Source: Podarcis gaigeae (Eukaryota). From it: a stretch of 64,000 nucleotides of DNA. The DNA lies in assembly GCA_964106915.2 (NCBI GenBank), contig OZ066927.1; one strand, 5' to 3'. Positions within the stretch are counted from its first letter, which is position 1; every line of letters starts with the position of its first letter. Shown piece after piece: positions 50,770-63,796 of the stretch. The notes under the pieces were generated by a model, which had not been told where the DNA came from, made no database searches, and saw nothing but the letters and a program-made list of their open reading frames with translations. Position numbers and translations under genes: made by a program.

Positions 50770-50865
50770 GTCCATAGGCACATGAGGCACACCTTGCTGA
50801 AGCTAAGCAGATCTGGATCTGGTCAGTGCCTGGATGGGAAACTGCGTAGAACCACATATGTGCTG
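50770..50865 (+). mobile_element. 5S rRNA-derived SINE fragment
   Basis: gaagctaagcagatctggatctggtcagtgcctggatgggaaactgc aligns with the 5S internal control region (GAAGCTAAGCAGGGTCGGGCCTGGTTAGTACTTGGATGGGAGACCGC). Confidence 0.7.
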
Positions 50866-51331
50866 GACAGAGGGACACCTCCACTTAATCTAGACCCACT
50901 CCAGCATGGCAAATCAGGGGATTGGATTGCTCTGTTAGTCAGGGCAACCATCCATGACCTTCTGACTTCCAGATCTTTTGGACTCCAACTTCCATCAGCC
51001 CAGCCAGTATGGCAATGAGAGGGGCAGTCTAAAACATCTGGAGGGCACCAGCTTGGGGGTGGTTGGGTTATGGGCTGATGGGAGGGAACTAATATGACAC
51101 ATATTTACAACCAGTTAAAAAAAATTCAGAACAATTAGTCCATCTTATTGAGTTACTTGCAGCTGCTGCTCTACCATAAAGATTCTTTTAACTTTGAAGT
51201 AGTCATGTCTGTTTCTCAGCCTAGAAGAGGAGGTGGATTGTGCAGTTAACTGTCAGAAAGCAAATGTCCATTCCTTTACATGAGTGCTGCCACAAAAGTT
51301 TTCCTTACTTTTCTTTTTCTGCTGTCATTAG

Positions 51332-51496
51332 GTATGGGCAGTAGACCTGGATCTGCACTATAGCGATCATCTGGCTTTGACACAGGTCTTGCTGTATGTT
51401 ACAAACGGAACACTGGATTGCAAGTTAAGCCGCTTTGAATGCCAGGTCATTCCAAGTAAACCAAAAAGCCGCCGCCCCCCTAAGGAACCACCCCAG
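51332..51496 (+). CDS. IQCH: IQCH coding exon 9 (165 nt)
   Basis: Long pyrimidine tract then cattag|, peptide [55 protein letters not shown], donor CAG|gtcagt. Not in the ORF track. Confidence 0.93.
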
Positions 51497-51677
51497 GTCA
51501 GTGTAACCTCCTACTAGCCACTGTGTTGGCAAATAATTGCTTGGGAGCCAGAACAGAATTGGCTTCCCCTCTGCTCCATTGCACTGGTGTCCTGAGCCAC
51601 CCTGTGACATTCAGTAAGACAGATCAATGCTACTATGTTTGTTTGTTTGTTTGTTTGTCTCACGGTTCGAGCCTGTG

Positions 51678-51757
51678 GAATCATAGAATCATAAAATCTT
51701 AGAGTTGGAAGGGACCCCAAGCGTCATCTAGTCCATCCCCCCATAATGCAGGAATCA
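51678..51757 (-). mobile_element. CR1-type 3' tail (truncated POM-like SINE or CR1)
   Basis: The reverse complement matches the tail of the 5984-6128 element and ends in (attctatg)-like repeats. Confidence 0.7.
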
Positions 51758-51859
51758 TTTCAGATCTTAATTCTGTCTTGTATGGTGTTAGCTACCCCCC
51801 CCCCCCAGTTTTTCCCATCATCTGCAGATTTAATAAGCATACCCTTCTGCATCCTCACA

Positions 51860-52520
51860 AAAGCATCTTATTAAAATATTGAAGGACACTAGGCGTAGGA
51901 TAGAACACTTTGGCTCTCCACTAAAGACCTCTCTCCAGGTAGACACAGACCCATTAATGAGCACTCACTGGGTACAGTTGCTCAAGCAGTTGTAGATTCA
52001 CCTAACAATATTATCCAGCTAATATTTTACCATCTGGTTAACAAGTAAAAAATGGGAGGTCTTGTCCTATGCTCCACTGAAAGCAAAATATACTATGCCC
52101 ATGCCATTTCTATGATCTACCAAACTAGTAACTACCAAAAAATGAAATAAGGTTGGTCTGGCATGACTTATTCTTGAGAAACCCATGTTGGCCATTGGTA
52201 ATCAGTGCATTATTTTCTATGCTCAAAGGAGACTACTTATTAATCTGTTTGAGATTTCCCCCAGTATCTGTGTCAGGCTGCTAGAACTCTACTTACCCAG
52301 ATGGGCCTTTCCTCCCTCTTGGAAGATATGAACAATATTTGTCCATCTCCAGCCTTCTGGCACCTCACCTGTTCTTGAAGAATTTTCAGAGATTGCAGAC
52401 AGTGGTTCTGGAATAACACCTACAGGTTCCTTCAGCATTCTGGGGTGTCATTCTCCTTGCCCAGAAGACTTTAGGCCATTTAAAGTAGTTAGGTCTTCTT
52501 AATCCACCTTCTTACCTACT
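51860..52520 (-). mobile_element. CR1 LINE reverse-transcriptase fragment
   Basis: The minus strand gives QHGFLKNKSCQTNLISF..VTSLVD..IVYF.FS with stops and frameshifts. Confidence 0.8.
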
Positions 52521-55033
52521 CCTGCCATTGCTCTTCTTCTCGCCACAAAGGGAACATATTTGCATTTTTTGAACCAGTGTTTAACTCCAGTAGTAGAAGT
52601 GGGAACCTGCTCTATCTGCAGAAAAGTTAACTCAGATTTGTGTTTTTAAAACCTGCCTTAGGAGTGGAACCCTCCCATTTTTATGCTTGGCCAGAATGGA
52701 CCAGAAACCTCTTCTTATCCATCTACAGATAGAGATTTTATGTCATCCAAAAAGTGTCAGAGCTTTGTAATTTAGAGGTTAATGAGCTTCTGATCTATTG
52801 TTCTTGTCACACCACTACTTTGAGTTGGAGAGGAGTAAATTACATATGATTAGTCCCAGTAGTACATGTTTTAGAAATGAAAAGTAATCAAGTAGCAACT
52901 TTTTAATTAAAATTCTGTCAGGATTAACATAAATTTGTCACTCCCAGCCTATAATCCCCCCTTTTTTTATTCCTTCAAATCTTGCTTACCTAGCAGTCAG
53001 CGGCAACAAAAAGAGGACTAGTGTGTCAGAGATATCTTTTAAAGAACCGAGAGAAATAAACAGGAGACAAATCTTTTTACAGCGCATGATCTGTAATGAA
53101 TGATTAAGTAAAAACACTTTATGTGAAATTATGATGTTAATAATGCTTCCGTCCCCGCGAATTTATTACACATTCACCAGGCTGCTCGCTTTGATTTTGA
53201 TAAAATGGAGCGGTGACCGAGTGCGAGTGATGATTTTTATTTTTAGAATTCTCCTTTGCAAGAGCAAATTTCCTAGATACTGCTGCTACTGTAATTATGT
53301 ACAAAACCAATCACTCATTATACTTAGGATACATTATCTTCGAGACAGATGAGGCTAAATAAGCAAGACATTAATAATTCATCCGGCAGTTCATTATGCA
53401 TGTGTTTGCCTGCTTTGTAGCTGAAATAAGCACCTCATCAAACTGATGCCTGCGCTTAAACAATAGTTCTGTGTTATTGCCGCCACATTCAAGTTTACGC
53501 TTGTTAAACTGCTACTTGGATTATTTTATCAAGCATTCATTTATTTTATTTGTGGCCTTCTGTTGCCAAAAGAAATTTCTGAGAGCTTTGGGTACCTGAT
53601 TGGACAATGAATACTCTCAGTTCTCCAAGTATTCTCAGCCAAGGCTGGGTTACCCCTTGTGCTAAATGCGCTTCAGGCTAGGACCCCAGCCAAATTGTGG
53701 CCCCTGCTGCTCCCAGCGGCTGCCAGCATTCTTGTAATATTGTGCATGTGAGCACAAGTCTGCCTGCAATGTCGCTTTGGGAACCATGGCGGGCAAAACT
53801 GGGGAACTGAGTGCCACTGGGAATAGCAATGGCATGCAACAGATCATAGCTCCCAGAGCGGCAGATTGGAGAAGGGATGAGGCTGGCCTGCCACCGCCAC
53901 AGTTTTCATGCCTTAGGTCTGAGGGTTAGACTAAAAAGCATCTAGGGTGTCTTATGTCTTTTAGTTTTGATCATTAACATTCTAATGCAACTCAAGTAAG
54001 TTTGTGCAGAACATCAAGGAAGCCCATTAAGAAGAAATAAGATGCATGCAAATTCTACTAAGCTTCCTCCATTGTTCTTGTGTATTACTGCATGCACCCC
54101 ACTGAAATTAAAACACTTTGGTGAATTGGCTCTGAAATGACTTGGCAAATATCACACGCAGTGGTCAAAACACCTTTGTCCTTCTGCCACCACTTTCTTC
54201 TAGAAAGGGAACACAGTTTTGCTTGCACGTTATTATTTACCTCTTTATTGAAACTGCCCAATCAATAGCACTTTGCTAAGAAATAAAAGAAGGTGAGAAA
54301 ACACATCTTGGGCAAAAATTCCATATCGATCGGAGCATTTTGCTTTCAGTTCCAGCCAGTGCCGCACTGTTAAGGAAACAACTATTTAAAGAGTTCCTAA
54401 GCTCTTAAGATCATGCTTTTAAGGTATATCCCAGAAAACTTAAATGAAAAACAATTTATGTAATGTGTCACGTTCACCCAAGGGTCTCACTTTAAAAAAT
54501 GCCAAACATTACATCAGGAGAAGCCCCAGCAAGTCAAAAGTAAAATCACAGAGAATGCTCATATGTTATAATTGCATGAGAGCCAATATGGCAACCTTTG
54601 TCAGCCTAGTGCCCTCCACATGTTTTGAACTACAACTCCTAACATCCCTAGCTAGCATGGCATATAATACAGCACATCTACTGGTGACCTCTCTAGAAAT
54701 TTAAAGAAATTTAGTTTTCAAAATTTGCAGAATTGGATCCATAGGATCCAACTCCTAGGGGCCAAGGTCCCTTTGCTACCACCCAATGAAATATCTGAGG
54801 GAGCCTCCCCAGCCCTGCCCTCCAAGTTGATGGCATTGCCATTCAAATGATGTGTGTGTGCCACATTTTGTGATCGATTATGCAGGGTGGGACTTATCAC
54901 CCATATTTTATTCAAGTTGGCACCCCAGATTAGATCTCTCATGAATTTCCAGACTGCATAGACATTTCTCAGAATAATTAATTTGACTATTCAGCTGATT
55001 ATATTTATCTTGTGGGTTTGGTGTTTTCAGATA

Positions 55034-55274
55034 CAGTGGTACCTTAGTTTAAGAACAGCCCTGTTTATGAACTATTCGGTTTAAGAACACCGCAAAACCG
55101 GAAGTAGTGTCCCGGTTTGCAAACTTTAGCTCGGTCTAAGAACGGAATCCGAATGGTGGAAGGGCACTGGTGACGGGAGGCCCCATTAAGGAAAGCTTGG
55201 CTCGGTTTAAGAATGGTTTTGGTTTAAGAACGGATTTCCGGAACTGATTAAGTTCATAAACCAAGGTACCACTG
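55034..55274. mobile_element. Tc1/mariner (pogo/Tigger-like) MITE
   Basis: TIRs cagtggtacctt / aaggtaccactg flanked by a TA TSD. Confidence 0.9.
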
Positions 55275-55627
55275 TACTATTGTAACACATTTTTAAATTT
55301 ATCTATGCCACTCCGATGGCTGTATGCTTTCTCTTTTACTTTCTCTTTTAAGCTGTGTAAACACACTCAGTTATTGCAGTTTTAAAACTCCTTAATGGAC
55401 CCTAATTCCTCCATTTTTCTCACTGAGGACCAGATATTGTAACTGTAGAGCTGCACTCCACTCCCAGCCCATGCCCCCAGGAAATCACTGCTTGGGGTCC
55501 ACCCCTTGATGTCCACCTTGTTGTCTACAGAGGCCCTAGCTGCCACCATTTTCAGTTTTCACTTGTTATGTATATGAAGCTATTTATCTTTACTGAGCCA
55601 CCTTGGGAGGGCTGTGTCCATAGAATA

Positions 55628-55642
55628 TAATAATAATAATAA

Positions 55643-55673
<31 letters not shown>

Positions 55674-55690
55674 AAGAAGAAGAAGAAGAA
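55628..55690. repeat. Compound (TAA)n(GAA)n microsatellite
   Basis: Direct reading. Confidence 0.95.
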
Positions 55691-55845
55691 ATTGCTTATC
55701 ATTGCTCCCGTGACTATAAAGTTAGCCTCAAATATTACAATTTGTGCCTTTTACGAAGTAAATTGTTTTTGCAGGATTTATAATAAACTCCAGATTTAGC
55801 TTGTTTGTAAAAGGGCTCTGTATTGAAGCAAGAATATGTTTGTCT

Positions 55846-55986
55846 GGCCTTCCCCAACCTGGTGCCCTCCGGATGCTTTGGGCCACACTTTGCATCAGCC
55901 CCAGCCAGCATAGCCATTCATGGTGGCTGGGACTGATGGCAGATGCAGGTCAAAACATCTGGAAGGCATCAAATCTGGGAAGGCTG
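55846..55986. mobile_element. hAT-type MITE (same family)
   Basis: gccttccccaacctggtgccctcc...aaaacatctggaaggc...tgggaaggctg. Related copies lie near 50940-51065, 54590-54700, 58330-58440 and 63935-64000. Confidence 0.7.
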
Positions 55987-56037
55987 TATTAGTGCTTCAT
56001 CACAGTCAACTTTTTCCCCTTCTGCTTTTTTTGCCAG

Positions 56038-56160
56038 CCTGCTATGGTCAGCCGCTATGTTGCCATGAGCAATTCGATCAGACATGCCAACTTTTCCCTC
56101 ATCTACTATAATGTTTTCCTTCATATGTGCAAGGCTCATGGGGTTGGATATGATGTCCAG
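56038..56160 (+). CDS. IQCH: IQCH coding exon 10 (123 nt)
   Basis: Acceptor ttttttgccag|, peptide PAMVSRYVAMSNSIRHANFSLIYYNVFLHMCKAHGVGYDVQ, donor CAG|gtagga. Confidence 0.94.
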
Positions 56161-56687
56161 GTAGGAAGATCATGTGCTTTGCATTTAAATGAAATAGAGG
56201 TAGGAAAGTAGCTTGGAAGGAGGAACAGCACACAAATCCATTATAGACAGACTACAGAAAAGTTAGTATCTCCAATTTTTTGGCCTCTGTGATTCTCTCA
56301 CATATCCCCATAATCCATGAGAATCTTTCTGTGAACTCTGAGATTCTAACACAGATTATCATCTATCACTAACCCAATCTCAAAACCTGAAAACCTGTTT
56401 TTAAATTCAAGCTTCTGAATTGAAACATGTCTTGCTGGCTTGTTGCAACTGTTGTCAGATTCTACTCATGTGGGTTTTAAGGGGATGGGGCTTATAGATC
56501 AGCTAGCATGGTTTCCAGACAACTTTACATGTCAGCCCGGAAGCAAAAAGCTCTCAGGCCTGGCTTTAAAGTGACCACCTCTCTCTAATACTAATTATTC
56601 ACACCGTAATACAGTTTAGCATCTTACTTTTTTAAGAGGAGTTGTTTACATTATGCAATGCTAACACCTTTCCCTCGACTCCAACAG

Positions 56688-56749
56688 CAAAAAGAAGGAA
56701 CCGTTTTTACTCTGTTTGAAGACCATAAAAGGCTCAAATTTGGAATTAT
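56688..56749 (+). CDS. IQCH: IQCH coding exon 11 (62 nt)
   Basis: Branch point ctaac, acceptor ctccaacag|, peptide QKEGTVFTLFEDHKRLKFGI(I), donor AT|gtaagt, phase 0 to 2. Confidence 0.92.
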
Positions 56750-57333
56750 GTAAGTTTTTTAAGAGTGACTCCTGGAAGCATCTTGAAAATCCTCTAGTTG
56801 AACACCTCTACACCCTCCTGTGGGCTAAGGGTCAGTCTTCCATACATGCTCCTGAGAAAGTAACTCATTCACAGATGTACCTAGCCCTGGGTAAGGCCCC
56901 CAAATGGTGCAAGGAATTCCATAGATGTACATAGAGGATGAGCACAAACAAGCAGCATGTCCACTTCTGCTCAAGTATCACTGAATACGTGTTTACAGCA
57001 TCATGCTCTAATATTAGTAATGCAGTGATATTTTCATACCAATGGTGGTGTGTAGCCACATATTTGATGCCCAAAGTGAAAAGGCTTGGAATGACTCAAC
57101 CTCTTGCTCTCCTCTGCTACTTGATTAATAAAAATTATTTATTACACAAATCCTTTCTACTGACAAGTTAAAATGGAGCCTCATCTTTCATATCTCCCTG
57201 AAGATTGCCACCTTACGAGATTGAAAATATTCATTAAATTCCTTGGGCTGACAGGCCCAAATGAGAGGGCGATTGTTCTTAAGCCTGCGAATGGAATCAT
57301 TGGCAAAGTCATTTGTTTGGATATCATTAACAG

Positions 57334-57442
57334 AACAATTGGAGAACATCTCCAGGGGGTCCTCATGACCTTTGCTCAGCAACTCTTCATCATCTATCAA
57401 GAATTATCAGCACCTAATATGCATGCCGAGACCAATTTTAAG
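57334..57442 (+). CDS. IQCH: IQCH coding exon 12 (109 nt)
   Basis: Acceptor cattaacag|, peptide [36 protein letters not shown], donor AAG|gtgagg, phase 2 to 0. Confidence 0.95.
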
Positions 57443-58716
57443 GTGAGGTGTTAATTAACTAACGATCCCAGTTAAATTTCTGTTAGAGGACAGAAAACAC
57501 CTCATGCTGTATTATAAACAACTGTTAAGCCATCCTGGGTTCTTTCCATAGCAGTACATGTTTTACTGTGTACAGGTCAATATTGTAGGATTCCCAGTCA
57601 ATCTGCTAGTTAAATTTATTTTTTTAGATGTGGTAACATAGACTTGCTTAAGCTGGGAGCCACTGGTATACTTGAAAGGATTCTTCAAGAGCAATTAGGT
57701 TTTCATCTTATATTTATCCTTTCTTGGAGTTCCTAATTGGTGGCACAGAAAAGTATTCATGCAGTCCTTCCTAAAGCATACTCTTATTGATTTACAAAAT
57801 GAAACCGTTAAGATATATTAAAACACATACGTTAAGAAATGACAAATAAGTAAGCTTGATTAGTTTCTGATGCCCAGGCCAAAGAAGGGACTTCTGTTTT
57901 AGTGCATCCCAGCAGGACCTACCACAAGGGCTGACACTTACTTTTTCCTGGGTCTCTGGAATAGGAGCCATTTAGCTACTTAGCTCCAATCAGAATAGAG
58001 TGGCTACCATTGTTATATTTCCTAGAATGCAGTGCTACTAGATAAGTTCATCTAGTGGGAGGGATTGAGTGACTGGCAAGTACAATGGTACCAGGGGACC
58101 AAGTGATGGTGGACACCAGTGGTTAGGAAGGGGGCTCATTGGTAGCCGTAAGCTAAAGGCCTACTCAGTTATCACCTGTTATCAACTATCAGGAGAACCT
58201 GACAGACATGCCACAAAATGATCTAGGTCAAAACTCCACAGCAGTGTCAGAAGGTAGATTAGTTGGGCTTTTAAAAAACGCACAGGACTTCAAAGGAGTC
58301 AAGGAGGCTTACTAGTATTTCGTGCTATAGCCCCGTGATGGGGAACTTTGAGCCCTCCAGATATTTCTGGACCATTCCAGCTGGGGCTAATGGGAGTTGG
58401 GAGTCCAACAATATTGAGAGGTCCAAAGGTTTCCCACATTGCTCCTGGTGAAACAACTGTATTTGAGCTCTAATAGTTACCTGCAAGTCCTGACTACTTC
58501 AGCCTTAGCCTGAATGAGATTGACCCTGTTGCTTCAGCTCGGTGTTAACTTTAGTTACCGGTACTACTCAGATCAAGGAGCCTGCCAAATCTGCCAGTTG
58601 GTTGGGCCAGTCCTGAAGAGTGACTCTTTCTGTGAGTTCTTGATACTACTGGTGCAATGGTGAGCAGGGAGCATAAATAACTGTTCTACCACTTGAAGTG
58701 TTTGATTTTGTTATAG

Positions 58717-58821
58717 AGAGCTGTCCAAGAGATTGAAAAAATTCTGGGAGTTACAGAGCAAAACAAGTTAAAATTTGAAGAGGAAGAGGAGGACTTGAAA
58801 GCACAAGCGTCCACAAAATAG
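58717..58821 (+). CDS. IQCH: IQCH terminal coding exon 13
   Basis: Acceptor ttttgttatag|, peptide RAVQEIEKILGVTEQNKLKFEEEEEDLKAQASTK followed by TAG at 58819-58821. It resembles the recalled human C-terminus (..DIETILRVTKENKMRFEEE..). Confidence 0.92.
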   Translation, partial: RAVQEIEKILGVTEQNKLKFEEEEEDLKAQASTK

Positions 58822-58830
58822 TTAGTAGAC

Positions 58831-59573
58831 ATTAAAAGTAATCTTTCTTCATCCTTAGTCTCATGTCTCTGGGGAAAATAAGTTATTCGTTTTCAAATAG
58901 CCCCTTTCAGTCATTTTATGCCCATAAGCTCTGCCAGAGTGTGACTGTCTGTTGACCTCCCAACCATGTTGCTTGGCTCATGGCAACCCTATCCTCCTCC
59001 TCCTGGGCCACAACAGTCAAAGCTGAATTTCTCACATTTGGGTTGTGTCTGGTTTTTTAAAATTATGTTTTATGAACTATGTCATGGGGTGTGACATCCT
59101 AAATACAACCTGTGGAAGGAGACACATTTGGTTTAATTCTACACTGTATATGCTCTCAAATTTAACAAAACAGTCTCTCATAATTCAACTATTTTAGAAA
59201 CAAATAGTAAAATGTTAGTATACAATAAGTCTCTCCCTGTGCTTATCTTTAGGGTAGGATGGCACTGAATGCAGGAAAAGGTTTTTTAACCCTTAAATTG
59301 TTTTTTAGTTATAATTTATTTCTTCTTATAGGTTAACCTCACTGAACATCTTTAAATTATCACACCTGGTTTCCAGTTCTAAAGTACCCCACACTGCAAT
59401 AAAAACTCCACCTACAACTGTGTTTTGGATTGTTGAAAAATACATGTAGCAGAACATAGACCAGTGTCAACAGTGAATCCTGACTCACAGAATTTGTTTT
59501 CACTGAAAATTTTGTATCAGATGCTATGACCTGTATATGGCTTAGAGGAGTATTGATTTATACTTCCAATAAA
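58831..59573 (+). terminator. Candidate IQCH polyadenylation signals
   Basis: ATTAAA at 58831-58836, AATAAA at 59398-59403 (followed by a GT/T-rich stretch) and AATAAA at 59568-59573. Which one is used cannot be determined from sequence. Confidence 0.4.
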
Positions 59574-60561
59574 ATTAAGTGTATTTATTTTAAAAAATAT
59601 TTTTGGCATTTTTGCTTCCTTGGGTGGGGGAGGGGGATTCTATCATTTCCCAAGCTTTTTCCATGTGAAAGTTTTCCTAACAGAATACATGATTTCTTGG
59701 TCATTCCTTTTCCTGAATAACTAGAGTACATTTGTATGGCAGCAGAGTCCATAGATGGGGCACTCCTCCTCTACCAGATCCCATATAAGTGTGCTCATAT
59801 TCCACTTCACAAGTCCTTCTGGGTTTCAGCTCTGGCATTGGGGGTTGGGGGGAGGTTTTGGAGCTGAGTCCTTGTGATATTATTTGTAGCACTTTCATTC
59901 ATAAAACATATAAAATTCACTAAGTGCCATACACAGATTAAAAATAGGTCAGTCCCATACCCATACAGTCCCATACAATCTAAACACAACAGACAAAAAC
60001 AGACTGAATGGGAGCATCAGAATAACCTTACTTGCAGTTGGCTCACATCAAATGGGACCCATGTAGTCCACTCTTCTGTTTTCGCAGTGGCAAGACAGAT
60101 ACTTCAATGAGAAGCCTTCAAACAGTGCATTTATGCATTTATTTCATTTATATACTACTTTGGTTTACAATTTAAAATATTGAAATAAACAAATGCTACA
60201 AAAATATTCTCAGGCCTACTTCAGGAATGCAGGAACACTCATCCCGAGGCATCCTGGAGATACTATAAAACCAACATGTCCTTTATCCATTGATAACCTG
60301 ATCCTCTTCTCCGTGAATTTGTCATGGGTGGAAAAAAGCAAACTTGAGCATGAGTTCTTAAAAGATACAAAATGCTGAAAAGGACCAGCTAGTCGGGAAA
60401 CAGGGCCAGGAGGGGAAGGGTGAAACAAGAGGTAGTCTCTTTTAGTTGCAGCAGCCCCTGGCCTAGTCCTGCTGTCACCTTTTTTTGATAATGACTTGAG
60501 AGACAAGAGCATCACCCCCACCCAAACAGGTGATTTTTCAAAGTCCCATTGTGCAGCTATA

Positions 60562-60779
60562 CAGTGGTACCTTGGGTTACAGATGCTTCAGGTTACAGAC
60601 TCCGCTAACCCAGAAATAGCACCTTGGATTAAGAACTTTGCTTCAGGATGAGAACAGAAATCGTGTGGCGGTGGCAGCAGGAGGCCACATTAGCTAAAGT
60701 GGTACCTCAGGTTAAGAACAGTTTCAGGTTAAGAACAGACCTCCAGAACAAATTAAGTTCTTAACCCAAGGTACCACTG
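60562..60779. mobile_element. Tc1/mariner (pogo/Tigger-like) MITE
   Basis: TIRs cagtggtaccttgggtta / taacccaaggtaccactg flanked by a TA TSD. Confidence 0.9.
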
Positions 60780-61569
60780 TACTCCAAAACAGTAGCTTCA
60801 AAACTATTAGTACATCCAAGTTTTTAGTGTCACATACACACCCTTATTTTCTCTTCTATTGTAATTTCATTCCAGGCAAGGTCCTGGGGATACAAGATCC
60901 TGGCTTCCCATGAAATGCAATGGCACCCAAAGGGCTGCTCTAGAGACATACACATGCCCCCCAAAAACCCCTAGCACCAGTATCCAGGTCTATTGTCTTG
61001 CCTACAACCCCCACCCCCATTGTTTCTGCTAATCAAGAAATATATTAAAGCTCTCCCTGCTCTATTAATTATCCAAAGGTAAAGTTGAGTCAAAATGTGT
61101 TACTGACGATGATTAATAATTAGTGGCTTGTAAGTGCATTCTAGTACATAAACAGGGTACGTGGTTGCGTAGTAATTGATTAATTAGCACAATCTTGCTC
61201 TACAGCTCACTGGTCTAAGATTGCTGAGTTTGAAATATTGTTTATAATTATCCAAATTTGAAGGATGAGGGGTGGGTGGGGGCGGGAGGGGGAAGAGAGG
61301 TGGCTCCCATTTCTTCGCTCGCTCTTCTGCGCAATTATTCTCCTCACATCACAGACGATGCTTAATGGTTCAGAGCCACGAGTTTCCCTCAGATAAATCA
61401 CCACAGAGTTCATTTGTTTGTTTGTTCGAATTGCAGCAGCTTTCTACTCCAAACACTCTGGTGGAAAGAACACTTTTTATTTAAGTCGTGTGTACTAGTT
61501 GTGTTAGAAAAGGGTGCTTTAAGCTGAGGACCATGTTGTTGTTTTTGGTTATTGGTGTTATCTTGACAT

Positions 61570-61790
61570 GAGGGGCGCGCGAGCTCGCAGACAGCTGGGC
61601 GCGCGCCCGCTTCTCGGCCTCGCGCGTCGCCCAGTCATGAGCGCGCGAGGAGTCTGACAAATTCAGTAGGCCGGCTCTGGCGCAGGCGCAGAGCGGCTGT
61701 CGGGAAGCTCCCGGCGCAGGCGCAGAGCGTGCAGGGGAGCCCCAGGAAGCGAGGGGGAAAGGAGGGGCCGCTGTTGTTTCCCGGGATAGG
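61570..61790. promoter_or_regulatory. CpG-island promoter of C15orf61 with two NRF1-like sites
   Basis: The densest CpG/GC cluster in the window (gcgcgc runs). GCGCAGGCGCA occurs at 61680-61690 and 61714-61724, about 450 nt upstream of the ATG. Confidence 0.8.
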
Positions 61791-62047
61791 GGGGGAGGAG
61801 TGGCGTTGCTTCCTGTCTTTCCAGGTTAGGGAAGGTTAGTAAGTGAAGCAGGAACCTCGCCCCCTTGCTCGGGGGCAACTAACGGGAGGGGGAGGGGCTG
61901 CAAAGGGGGGGAGTTGTTTTAGGGGAGGGGCAGCAGATCCTGAAGAAAAGTCTCCCTCAGCAACGTGGGGGGGGGTTGAACAATTGAGGAGGGAGGGGCA
62001 TATCAAGAATTGAAGCTACCTGGGAAAGGTGTCAGCAAGTAATTTGA

Positions 62048-62608
<561 letters not shown>

Positions 62609-63365
62609 TGAGGTGCAATGAGACCTTGAATAGATGACTTAAACCATACAAAAAAATATTTTACACAGCACCTATGGAACTCAGTCCCACAGGGCCAGGG
62701 ACAAAAGTGACAGGGCCAGGATTAAAAGCACATAGGGCAACTGATGTGACTCTCACCTTTGTGCAGTACACTACAATCCAGCCATACAAAATCCAGGTTT
62801 CTGCGTACACACACTTTTCTATCCATTCAAGTAAGCAAGAGTATTTGTCACAGTTCAAGGACATGTTCCAGCTAGACAGAGATGCTCAAAGAGGGTTTGG
62901 AACAGGGTCAGAAAGGGGTGTGGTCTGTAGATAGAGGGCATGAGATGCAGAGACTCCCAGGCCTAAAGCTCCCTACCCTGATCCTAGAGTATCTCTAAAT
63001 GCATAGCAGTGTTGGCCACATCAGTGGAGAACACTGGGATATGATCATATTGAACATGTGCAGAAAACAGAACTACTTATTCCTGGTCCTCAGGAATGCA
63101 GCCAATACTTTCAGAACAAAATATATTCACTAAGGATTTTGCATGTATCTCGTAAGAGCACATGCAGTGAAAGGCAGGGGGTTGCCAAATAAAGAATGGC
63201 AGCAGGAAGGTGGTCAGTACATCTTTAAGTGCAGATAATGGGTTACCTCAACATGCTTTATGTTTTGTTTTCAAGGAACCAGCCTGGCTTTAAAGGGTGG
63301 CAAAATCATGTCTTAATTCAGCCTTGCAGCTTGCTTCTTGCAGCTTGTTGGTGGAGGTGGGGTAG

Positions 63366-63560
<195 letters not shown>

Positions 63561-63796
63561 ACTACTCATTTCAAGGACTGACGCTTTCATGGTATATTGC
63601 AGCAAAAGACAGACAGAGGGGGATTGTTGTTTGCAATCTATTTGTGTGTAATATGTTCAAGTTTCAAAATGTCCCTATTTTTCCTTCAGTACCATTTTAG
63701 TTTTCTTTGAGCCCGGCAAAGTGCAGAATAGATTTAAAAAACCATGGAAAATTACTTGAAGCTACCTTTGTTTTCAAAAACGTTTGGTTTTCAAAT

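Noticed and set aside
50770-50865. Possible 5S rRNA gene
   Set aside because: Partial and diverged; the 5' half is not 5S-like.
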